Both the position numbers and the translations under genes were made by a program. From the IMG/VR virus record IMGVR_UViG_3300018719_000003, positions 1-64,000 of that record: a stretch of 64,000 nt of DNA; one strand, given 5' to 3'. The notes under the pieces were generated by a model. It searched no databases. It was not told the origin of the DNA and saw only the letters and a list, made by a program, of their open reading frames with translations. This DNA comes from a virus. Position 1 is the first letter of the stretch. Each line of letters starts with the position of its first letter. Below, in pieces: positions 34,516 to 42,933 of this stretch.

Positions 34516-34772
34516 CCGGGAGATGGCTGGCTGGGGTTGGGAGATTTAAGACGCTAAACACAAATTGTAGATGCCTTCAAGTATTTCACAATCAGCTAGC
34601 CAATGAATCCGTAGTATCACTGATTTGTGGTTCTTTTGTGGCGACTATATTTTGGCACAGTTTGGCGATCGCACTCACCACTTCATGGGATAATTAAAAC
34701 GACGCAGCCGACGAGTGGTTGGAACACTCATCAGCTGCTGGCACGAAAACCTAGTATTAGTAGGAATCGACC

Positions 34773-35543
34773 GTGAGAAATTCTATCATTCCGCATGACT
34801 TCAAGGGAAATTTGATTCAGCAGTTATCTGAAGACACCTTGATAAATGAGATTTTGATTCCAAAGGGCTATGTCAATGCCACTCAAATCTGTCAAACAAA
34901 CGGGAAGCGCTGGGCAAAATACATGGAGTTCAGTAAGACTCCTGCGTTCCTAGAGGCACTGGAAGAGGTCAGTCCCCCAGAAGGACTGACCCATATTATC
35001 GTTATTTCAGAAGGTGCTAACGAGTACCGAGGGACTTGGGTTTGCTTGCCAGTAGCAATGAATCTTGCTCAGTGGTGTTCCCCAATCTTTGCCGCATGGG
35101 CAGCTATAGTGTTGAGTGCTGTTATTAGTGGTGACTATGAAGCCTTAACCGAGGAAGCTGCTTTCGCTCAAGCCAAACTTCAAGAAATATGGGATAAGGT
35201 AAGGGCTGAGGGTATTTTGACGCGGCGGGGGCTAACTAATGCAATCCAAGACTGGTATCAGCGCAATCCGGGCGCAACTAGCCGCCCTCCGTTTGTTATG
35301 TATGCCCAGACTACCAATGCCATCTATCAAGCGTTGTGGGATATGACAGCGCTGGAGTTAGAGGAGTATCTAGAGTGCGATCGCCACGAATCTCGCAACA
35401 ATCTTTCAGCTACTGACTTAAGACATCTGGAACGCGCTGAAGCTGCGGTGATGGATTTCATTGATGAGGACAACATCAAGCCTATAGATGCGGTGGCACT
35501 GTCTAATATCCGGCGTAGAAAAGAAGCGCCAACCACCAAGTAA
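34773..35543 (+). CDS. KilA-N domain protein (paralogue 3)
   Basis: 'EILIPKGYVNATQICQTNGKRWAKYMEFSKTPAFLEAL...GTWVCLPVAMNLAQWCSPIFAAW'. GTG start. Confidence 0.65.
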   Translation: MRNSIIPHDFKGNLIQQLSEDTLINEILIPKGYVNATQICQTNGKRWAKYMEFSKTPAFLEALEEVSPPEGLTHIIVISEGANEYRGTWVCLPVAMNLAQWCSPIFAAWAAIVLSAVISGDYEALTEEAAFAQAKLQEIWDKVRAEGILTRRGLTNAIQDWYQRNPGATSRPPFVMYAQTTNAIYQALWDMTALELEEYLECDRHESRNNLSATDLRHLERAEAAVMDFIDEDNIKPIDAVALSNIRRRKEAPTTK

Positions 35544-35565
35544 AGTTTCCTGTTCTCATTGACAA

Positions 35566-35946
35566 TTACGAGCCACCTTCCACGGGTGGCTTTTTTGTTA
35601 GCGCTGCGATCGCTTCCCTAATATCTGCAATCGTATAAGGCTTTGTCAGGTACAAATCTGCCCCCAGCTTCTCCCCAACTTCTTTGTCAGACTTCGACAC
35701 CATTGCCGTCAAGTAGCAAAATGGTGTCATAATGCCACGGCTACGCATCTCCAAAAGGATTGTGTAGCCTGTAATCCCAGGCATAATTACATCACAGAAA
35801 ACTAAGTCAAACACCTCCGACTTGATCGCTGCCATTGCCTTTTGCCCAGAATCACAGCCGACTACTTCGTGTCCTTCTGCTTCTAGTAGTTCAATCAATC
35901 CTTCAAGGACTAAAGCTGTGTCTTCAATTACCAATATTTTTAACAA
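35566..35946 (-). CDS. Single-domain response regulator (CheY-like receiver)
   Basis: 'ILVIEDT...DLVFCDVIMPGITG...YLTA...KP' contains the canonical acidic pocket, phospho-Asp, Thr and Lys. Confidence 0.85.
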   Translation of the reverse strand: MLKILVIEDTALVLEGLIELLEAEGHEVVGCDSGQKAMAAIKSEVFDLVFCDVIMPGITGYTILLEMRSRGIMTPFCYLTAMVSKSDKEVGEKLGADLYLTKPYTIADIREAIAALTKKPPVEGGS

Positions 35947-35950
35947 AAAT

Positions 35951-36217
35951 TTATGCCTTTCTACGGAACAATAGCACGTCCCCTTTATCTAGATTATTAT
36001 TATTATTCTCAAGAATTTCAATCGCGGCATTAATAGAGTTTTTGATTTTACTTAGGTGTTTCTGCCTTTGTTGGGGTGTCATTCTATTCCAACCGTCTTC
36101 TAGTAACTCTACACTTGATAAACCCGGTGTTAAAGCGTTTCTTGTTTGGTGGTTGTTTTCCTCGATTGCGACGCTAGCATTGACCGGAAGGTAAGAGTGA
36201 GGGGAAAGACACATCAT
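35951..36217 (-). CDS. Stand-alone HisKA/DHp-like mini-protein (88 aa)
   Basis: 'NHQTRNALTPGLSSVELLEDGWNRMTPQQRQKHLSKIKNSINAAIEILEN' parallels the H-box/DHp 'AHDVKLYLQPILTSSELMQRYGNSNPQKFANWLNNIFRSVRRINELASD' of the adjacent kinase. No ATPase domain. Confidence 0.45.
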   Translation of the reverse strand: MMCLSPHSYLPVNASVAIEENNHQTRNALTPGLSSVELLEDGWNRMTPQQRQKHLSKIKNSINAAIEILENNNNNLDKGDVLLFRRKA

Positions 36218-36267
36218 AACGATCTAAAATAGCAATAGACTCAAGTATGGCAGTATGCCTGTAACGA

Positions 36268-37647
36268 ATGTTCTACCTAGGGAGAGTAATCACAAAACTA
36301 CAGCATTCGTCACAATCCCTTAAAGTCGCTTCATTATGTGGGATTGCAGTACTGCTGATTGCTCCAACAACTTTCTACCTTCAGGCTGAAATTGATAATT
36401 CGCTTAAAGTTATTGAGCGATCGCATATTCTTTCAATCAACCTGGAACGCACGTTGTCCAGCTTCCTGAGCATGGAGTTAGCGGCTAGGTCAATTACCTC
36501 GTATGAGTTACTAGAAGGGTCTGACAAAGAAGAGTTTGTCAATTCGTTTCAGAATAATTCTCAGCAGCTTGAATTGTATATTACTGAGCTAAAGGGGCAG
36601 TTAACGGAATCTACGCTCTTCGAGATGAATCAGCTTGTATACGCTAAGACAGATAGCCTGAATAAATTTATTAATTCATTCGCCATTGACCAAAAAGGCT
36701 CAATTCTGCTGATTAGGGCAGGGCGATTCATCTCTGATGATTTTCGGTCGTTGGTAAGAGAAAATCAATACAAGATAGTGGAACAGCAAGAGGCTCTGTT
36801 GCGTAAAGTGGGGTTGTTGTTAGTTGGGCGATTTGCGGCGATTGCATCTCTTTCTTTCTCGGTCATGGGTCTGGTGGGTGCGATCGCCTGGAGGAACCAC
36901 ACCCTCAGTATTCAGCGTCAATCTGATGCTTGTCAGTTGGACATTAGAGAACACGTCAGACAAGAGAAAGCTAAAGCCATTAGTCAATTAGCCCATGACG
37001 TAAAACTGTACTTGCAGCCGATTCTCACCTCTAGTGAGTTAATGCAAAGATACGGCAACAGCAATCCTCAGAAGTTTGCAAACTGGCTCAACAACATATT
37101 CAGAAGTGTTCGTCGCATCAATGAATTAGCCAGTGACTTAACCTTAGTTTCCTCCCTTGAATTAAACCAATTTCAGCCAGAGCTAGAATCTGCTTCTTTG
37201 GTAGAACTAATCAATTCGATAGTGGAAGATTTTACAAACCTAATTAAGCGGCAAATCAACCCGCCTCGTCAGCTTGTCCATCACATCAAAGGGGAGCCAA
37301 GAGATGTCCTGATTGATGTAAGGCTATGTGATAGGGCAATCAGGAATTTACTTAGCAATGCAATGAAGTATTCTCCTAATGGCGGACTAATATATGTTTC
37401 TGTTGACTTAAACACTTTGTCTATATCAGTGGCAGACGAAGGCATTGGTATCCCTGATGGGATTAGCAGTAAATTATTTGATGCATTCCAGAGAGCCGAT
37501 AACGTTGGGATGACTGAAGGCTTTGGCTTGGGTTTGTCGGTGGCTAAAGCAACTGCGATCGCTCACGGGGGGAGTGTGTCGGTAATGAGTCCTGGGAGTT
37601 TAGATGGCTATGAGTTTAAGACGGTATTTGAGTTGAGGCTGGGGTAG
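36268..37647 (+). CDS. Sensor histidine kinase
   Basis: An N-terminal TM segment and sensor region, a second TM, H-box 'AHDVKLYLQPI', N-box 'RNLLSNAMKYSP', G1 'VADEGIGIP' and G2 'GFGLGLSVAKA'. Confidence 0.85.
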   Translation: MFYLGRVITKLQHSSQSLKVASLCGIAVLLIAPTTFYLQAEIDNSLKVIERSHILSINLERTLSSFLSMELAARSITSYELLEGSDKEEFVNSFQNNSQQLELYITELKGQLTESTLFEMNQLVYAKTDSLNKFINSFAIDQKGSILLIRAGRFISDDFRSLVRENQYKIVEQQEALLRKVGLLLVGRFAAIASLSFSVMGLVGAIAWRNHTLSIQRQSDACQLDIREHVRQEKAKAISQLAHDVKLYLQPILTSSELMQRYGNSNPQKFANWLNNIFRSVRRINELASDLTLVSSLELNQFQPELESASLVELINSIVEDFTNLIKRQINPPRQLVHHIKGEPRDVLIDVRLCDRAIRNLLSNAMKYSPNGGLIYVSVDLNTLSISVADEGIGIPDGISSKLFDAFQRADNVGMTEGFGLGLSVAKATAIAHGGSVSVMSPGSLDGYEFKTVFELRLG

Positions 37648-37729
37648 TCCACCGTGCTGGACTCGAACCAACTCCAGGTAGTAGCGAGGTTTGCGTATCT
37701 CGTCTATCAGCTCCCATGAACTACCCCGC

Positions 37730-37999
37730 CTATCCTTCGGATAGACGAGGTTTCTGACGCTTCTTCGCCCCTAGTTGCTTCATGCTTCCGCAAGAAGTAG
37801 AGCTAGGCGACTCCACATCTAAAGAGGCAAGTCCCTTGCCCCTTGCCCAAGTTATGTTGACTTGGGCAGCATTAACATCACGGTCTTCTATGTGACCGCA
37901 TTGAGGATTAGAACAAACATGAGTTCTATCCTTAAGAGTTTTGGGAGTTAATTCCCAACACTTAGCACAACGTTCCGTGAGTTTCAATTGTGGGAGCAA
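37730..37999 (-). pseudogene. tnpB: 5'-truncated TnpB (C-terminal zinc finger and RuvC-III only)
   Basis: 'CAKCWELTPKTLKDRTHVCSNPQCGHIEDRDVNAAQVNI' with no upstream RuvC-I/II. The downstream 80 nt is hairpin-rich, which fits an omega-RNA remnant. Confidence 0.7.
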
Positions 38000-38134
38000 T
38001 GGGATGCCTGGGAAATGTACCTTAAAAAAACCTGCCTGACGTTACTGAGATAAAAACATGAATCAAAACACGCAGCAAGCGATTGCCCAAGCTCAAGCTA
38101 CAGTAAAACTATTCAAAACCTTTGGGTATTCACA

Positions 38135-38482
38135 ATGATGACAAGAAACGAGACTAATGTAACGGCAAGTCAAACTACACACGTCACAACCCACCCTCCT
38201 GACCCCCGTGTTGCAGGTAGAACAACAACATCGACTGAACCGAAATGGAAAAAAGAATTAGAAATTGAGTTAGCCAATCAGGAAGAAACTTTTGAGAGTA
38301 TTAATTATTTGACAATGGCTGGCGATGATGACGAAGAGGCTAGATGGCACATCATTCCGCCCTTTACGGCATGGACAGAGAAGCGGGTTTATTTTCCAGT
38401 CGAGCATGATGGCATGGAGTCGGTTGCCTCTGTTCCGCGTCATCCGTGCGAGGAGAGAACCAATCACGTAGGGGGTGGTTAA
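38135..38482 (+). CDS. Hypothetical protein
   Basis: 115-aa ORF. Confidence 0.5.
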   Translation: MMTRNETNVTASQTTHVTTHPPDPRVAGRTTTSTEPKWKKELEIELANQEETFESINYLTMAGDDDEEARWHIIPPFTAWTEKRVYFPVEHDGMESVASVPRHPCEERTNHVGGG

Positions 38483-38596
38483 GCGATCACTCTTAGGATA
38501 ACCGCGCTCGGTTGGACTAAACGAGAGCAAGTATACAACAGCAAAAGCCCTCAATGTTGGGGGTTTTTGTTTGGGACGTTAGGCTAATGCAACAAT

Positions 38597-38615
38597 TGAC
38601 CGGAGTCTCCGGTCA
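38597..38615. repeat. Palindrome family copy P7 (TGACCGGAG-T-CTCCGGTCA)
   Basis: Read directly. Bases 38613-38615 are the TGA stop of the minus-strand glycosyltransferase gene. Confidence 0.9.
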
Positions 38616-39506
38616 TCTAAACAACCCCGTTCGCCCCTTCTCCTCAATACTCCGCTCCCGAAAATTCACCCCACACAGCTGCTGATATTCTTCAAGCGAT
38701 CGCACACTCCCCAGCCCATACACCCCATAATCCCATTCGGCGTCATCCATACCCATGATCTCTCGATACCTCTCATAGCTAGCAAGCTCTTGTTCAACCA
38801 TATTCTGGTCAGTAAAAGGTCGATGGGCTTCGGGTCTACCGTAATTGTGGTAGATGAAGACTTTGTGAGGGTGGTAAATATTCCACCCATTCGTCACATA
38901 CCTGGCAGCAAGAGACGACTCCTCGCCGTTGAAGATCATGCCCGGATCGTAGGGAATGCCCAGGATTGCTGTGGGGGCAAAGATAAACCCAGCCGACAGG
39001 AAATAACCTTGATGGGGCGTATCTACAACGGTAGTGCAAGCCTGAAGGACTAACACTCCGTAATCATTAAAGAAGTTTGCCCCAATTGAGTAAGGCTGTG
39101 CATCGGGCTGCACTTCACCTGTAGCCGGGTCGTAGCTAGCAGGATAGGCAGTGAGCAGCGACTTCTCTGGCAATTCTTCCACCATTTCAATCAGCTTGGA
39201 GTCCCAGTCCTTAGCTAGTCGAGAGTGGGAGTCAATCTGTAAGACATAATCCTCGTCCCCTACCATCGTTTGGGTGATTAGCCGCGCCCACCCGACGCCT
39301 TGACACTGGCTGTGGTCGTAGTAGGAGACGCGACAGTTAGGGATAGCGGATAGCTCCCCAACTTGCCACTCGACCTCAGCTGCTCCCTGCCAGCAGATAG
39401 AGAAAGATATGCGATCGCTATGCTCGGCTTGTTCTAAGCAAGATTTGATTGTGTCCAGCAACTCAGGATCACGGTAAGCAGCAATTAGTACACAGATTTT
39501 TTTCAT
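38613..39506 (-). CDS. Glycosyltransferase (GT-A fold, GlcNAc-transferase-like)
   Basis: 'KICVLIAAYRDPELLDTIKSCLEQ' is a Rossmann-like start and 'LQIDSHSR' a DxH motif. Last gene of the minus-strand operon. Confidence 0.6.
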   Translation of the reverse strand: MKKICVLIAAYRDPELLDTIKSCLEQAEHSDRISFSICWQGAAEVEWQVGELSAIPNCRVSYYDHSQCQGVGWARLITQTMVGDEDYVLQIDSHSRLAKDWDSKLIEMVEELPEKSLLTAYPASYDPATGEVQPDAQPYSIGANFFNDYGVLVLQACTTVVDTPHQGYFLSAGFIFAPTAILGIPYDPGMIFNGEESSLAARYVTNGWNIYHPHKVFIYHNYGRPEAHRPFTDQNMVEQELASYERYREIMGMDDAEWDYGVYGLGSVRSLEEYQQLCGVNFRERSIEEKGRTGLFR

Positions 39507-39581
39507 CGAATTAACCCTGCGCCTAATGGAATAGCACGGGAGTCAGGACGCAAGCTGAATACTGGTGCGCCTTCGGCATAC

Positions 39582-41324
39582 TTAGCCAGGAGCGGACGAG
39601 GATGAGTTACCTACTATTAGGGTATGACCTAGCAGACGAAGTCTCTGGGCAGATCCTAAACTTGTCTCTAGATTGAATACTCGTCCAGCAGTAGTGTAAG
39701 CATTCTGTAGCGACTGCCCTGACTGGAAGGTAATAGTAAACGGCGCAGATGTTCCAGTAATTGAAGCAATAGTTAGGGGGTTGGTCACGCTACTGGTTGC
39801 AGTCGTACCCTCTTGGAGCATGATGCGATCGCCTACACCCAATCCAGTAGTCGAGTTTACTGATATTGAAGTAGCGCCATTTGCAGCAGCAGCAGCTAAA
39901 GATAAAATGTTTCCGGTTACTGGGTTGGGTGTTCCAGCTCTGCTAATTTCAAGAGTGAGCGCTGGTGTTGTCCGATTTCCTACAACTCGCGCTAGTGCCA
40001 CCAGCACTGAGGTAACAAAAGCCTCGTTATAAAAACCTACAAATCGCGTCTCTCTTAGTATGAAAGATGTTAGATTTACGCAATCCCTAAGGAACGAAAA
40101 AGGAACTGGATCTGCAAAGTGTGTATTTACACCGGAATTTTCGTGATAGGTATCATACCGGAAGCTAGTCAGGTTGGCACAGCCTACAAGATTAGGGAAT
40201 TTTGCAGTGGCTTGGAATCCGGGCTGGTACTTGCCAAGGTCTTGTGTGTGCCCAAGGCGAAGCACTCTTAATGCAGTTCTTCCAGCAAAGTTAAAAGCTT
40301 CTGGCAGCATTATAGGAGCAGCGTCAAATCTTCCTCCAGCGTCAAACTGAAATTGGAGCAATTCAAATAATATTTGCTCACAACCGCTAGGGATATTCAA
40401 CTGTGAAGTAATTGCGACAAACCTTCTTTGGAATCTATCGGCGGGATTCGGCGGGTTTTCAAGTAGAGGAAATCGAGTAATAAACCGAATTGACTTAAGC
40501 CCAGTGACAAGGCTCAAATCAGGTGGAGTGTAACGCCCATCTATCCTAAGTATTGGCAAAATCAGGCTTGAAATATTTGCGACCCCTGATGGAATCTCTA
40601 ATCTAATTAAACTTGTGTAAGGGACATCTGGGATGAATTTATCGGGCGTATAATCGGTTGAAGTTGTCCCATCTGGAAAATGCCAAGTAACAGGTTGGGC
40701 GTTAGTTACCGTTACAGCCAGTACCGATTGCTCGTTATTTCTGAGTCTTAACTCGCCCTCAAGTGGGATGTATATATTTTTAGTTGGATCTAATACTCCC
40801 GGTTGCTGTGTTGCACCGAAGATAATAACATTGGTCAAACGACATCCATTTTTTCCGGCAAGGATGATGAACTCCGATACCAACGGGAGTGCTGACAATG
40901 TTACCGAATGCCTTAGAGTTTGTACTCCACCAATGACGGTAAAAAAGTTTATTGTGTTACCTGCTTTCTCGATCCTTAGGCGAACGGATGAACTCTGGTC
41001 AACCGTTGTATCAATATAAGTATTTACAGCTTTGACAAAGATTCTATTAGAGTTCTCATTCCCCCTCACACAAAAGCCATACGAAATCAAGTTAAACGCA
41101 GACATACTATTACGTACTGCGTGAGGGTAAATAGCATAACTAATCCCCGCCGCTAGAATTGCATCTGGTGCGGTGTTTTGGTCAAAGCCAAACTCAATAT
41201 AGCCGTTGCCGATGAGCTGCTGAAGTGTTGCGTACCCTCTAGTATTAGCAGCAAAACCAGTGCCCACGTCTCGCAGGAAATTTGTATTAACTGGATTGTT
41301 AGTCCGTGTTGCAGTTAAAGACAT
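39582..41324 (-). CDS. Large protein with a lectin/jelly-roll-like N-terminus and leucine-rich-repeat-like centre (possible receptor-binding protein)
   Basis: 580 aa. Repeats such as 'CANLTSFRY', 'CVNLTSFILRETRF' and 'LRVLRLGH' look LRR-like (by eye). Function is speculative. Confidence 0.35.
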   Translation of the reverse strand: MSLTATRTNNPVNTNFLRDVGTGFAANTRGYATLQQLIGNGYIEFGFDQNTAPDAILAAGISYAIYPHAVRNSMSAFNLISYGFCVRGNENSNRIFVKAVNTYIDTTVDQSSSVRLRIEKAGNTINFFTVIGGVQTLRHSVTLSALPLVSEFIILAGKNGCRLTNVIIFGATQQPGVLDPTKNIYIPLEGELRLRNNEQSVLAVTVTNAQPVTWHFPDGTTSTDYTPDKFIPDVPYTSLIRLEIPSGVANISSLILPILRIDGRYTPPDLSLVTGLKSIRFITRFPLLENPPNPADRFQRRFVAITSQLNIPSGCEQILFELLQFQFDAGGRFDAAPIMLPEAFNFAGRTALRVLRLGHTQDLGKYQPGFQATAKFPNLVGCANLTSFRYDTYHENSGVNTHFADPVPFSFLRDCVNLTSFILRETRFVGFYNEAFVTSVLVALARVVGNRTTPALTLEISRAGTPNPVTGNILSLAAAAANGATSISVNSTTGLGVGDRIMLQEGTTATSSVTNPLTIASITGTSAPFTITFQSGQSLQNAYTTAGRVFNLETSLGSAQRLRLLGHTLIVGNSSSSAPG

Positions 41325-41327
41325 GAA

Positions 41328-42932
41328 TCAAAAATCCTCGAAGAATATAGAAAGATTGACTTGAATGTTGGGCGTAATAGTTGGAGGGCTACCAGTAGCA
41401 TATTCGATTAATAGCTCCTCAGTGTTCGTTGCTAACCCTGGCACTATTGCTGGGGTGTTGTAGCCAGGAACTAAGGGCGTTGCTACGAAGTAAAGTCGTG
41501 ATTGTGCAAGGACTGCCAAGAAATCAGACGAACCTTCTACCTGATAAGGATTATTGAATTGCGCCCCCATAATCGCTCGGACTCTGGCGAAGATATTTTT
41601 TAAGTCAAAGGTTCCCTGACCAAAAACGGGGAACGATGCGATCGCTTGCCCACCAAAGACTTGCTCACTCAACGAGTAATATTCAACCAAGTAATTGGCA
41701 TAGTAATTGGATGCAATACGCGATCGCATCGGATCATTTGTTGGGTTCAGTACAAGCGTTATCATTACCGGAAATTCACTAAATGCCGATAGCTGAACAG
41801 GCAAGACAATGCTCGACATTGGGCGATTATTTACCAGCGCTTTAGCCTCAAGCATGGCGATCGCTGTAGCGGGGATATCTCGCCTAACCATACCCGACGT
41901 GGCAACCGAACCGTTGCCGCTCGGTGTTGCCCCTTCTTTGTCACCGGATAACGTTACCGAAACGCCGTACTTAGCCAGTAGCTGGTCTGTCGATGGGGAA
42001 GCTAACCCAATATTAGAGAGCGTAATGGGCAGCCCTTCCTCCATGATTGCCCGAAGCAAGGAAGAGTCAGTCGCGCCAACAGTAGCAAACTTAATCCAAC
42101 GGAATACACCGTTATTTGCCCCATCCTCGCAGTACACATAGCAATCAGCTACCCCACCATCACTAGCAGAGATTTGGAATCCCCACATCGTAACGTTGGT
42201 GATAGAGACAAAAGCTTTGCTTGTGCCTGTACCGTCGAGTGGGTCTGCCCATTGAGAGCGGGGGATAGGTTGATTCTTGACAATGCCAGCCTCTACGTAT
42301 CGTCTAACAATTCTGAGCTTGTCCCCAGCCCCGTCGCCAATCGACTCCATGAAGAATCCAGTGTTACTACTGAATGCTCCCCACTGCTTGATAAAATTCT
42401 CGCCTTGCCCCACGCACCGAACACCCATCGTAAAGAAGACGGGACTGCCAGGAGGGACGCGGAACCGACGCTTACTGACGAGTAGCGCTTGACGAGTGCC
42501 ACGAGTAGCAAGATTACTGGCTGGCAACAGTGTTTGGATGCCACTAGACTCAAAAAACACCGTTGCAATACTGGGGTCAGTTTCGTAACTAATCACCATG
42601 TTTTCGATGTTGGTAGCAAGCCCTGGGTGTACCCCTTCAAATTGCTCTACAAACGAGTCGGTGAAAGAGTTAGAGACATCCCAGTCTTGAAGGTCTAGCC
42701 CGTACCTGTTTACGTCTGCGTACAACAGCTTCCGGTTTTTGGTGTTGTTCATCCCGAATTGGTCGAACAACAAATCCTTGTTTTGTGGGATGTTCTGTTG
42801 AGTTGGGGCTTTACCTGCTAGGTCATTAGTTAGTGTGATTGCGTAGCATTCCTCAGCTGGCTTCTGCCCTCTTTCGCTCGGTCGTTTACCTAAGTCAGCG
42901 GGGAAGTGGAGTCTAGTGATTTCTGTTGGCAT
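41328..42932 (-). CDS. Large structural-like protein, paralogue B
   Basis: 534 aa. Shares 'DQFG...', 'K..F...PG' and 'QWG.FS...G' blocks with 42934..44658. Confidence 0.5.
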   Translation of the reverse strand: MPTEITRLHFPADLGKRPSERGQKPAEECYAITLTNDLAGKAPTQQNIPQNKDLLFDQFGMNNTKNRKLLYADVNRYGLDLQDWDVSNSFTDSFVEQFEGVHPGLATNIENMVISYETDPSIATVFFESSGIQTLLPASNLATRGTRQALLVSKRRFRVPPGSPVFFTMGVRCVGQGENFIKQWGAFSSNTGFFMESIGDGAGDKLRIVRRYVEAGIVKNQPIPRSQWADPLDGTGTSKAFVSITNVTMWGFQISASDGGVADCYVYCEDGANNGVFRWIKFATVGATDSSLLRAIMEEGLPITLSNIGLASPSTDQLLAKYGVSVTLSGDKEGATPSGNGSVATSGMVRRDIPATAIAMLEAKALVNNRPMSSIVLPVQLSAFSEFPVMITLVLNPTNDPMRSRIASNYYANYLVEYYSLSEQVFGGQAIASFPVFGQGTFDLKNIFARVRAIMGAQFNNPYQVEGSSDFLAVLAQSRLYFVATPLVPGYNTPAIVPGLATNTEELLIEYATGSPPTITPNIQVNLSIFFEDF

Positions 42933-42933
42933 C

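Noticed and set aside
37648-37730. tRNA-like T-arm on the minus strand (GTTGG-TTCGAGT-CCAGC) just after the kinase stop. It could mark a tRNA gene or an attachment site.
   Set aside because: I could not build a matching acceptor stem, D-arm or 7-nt anticodon loop around it. It sits directly downstream of a TnpB fragment, so an omega-RNA or IS-end remnant is more likely.
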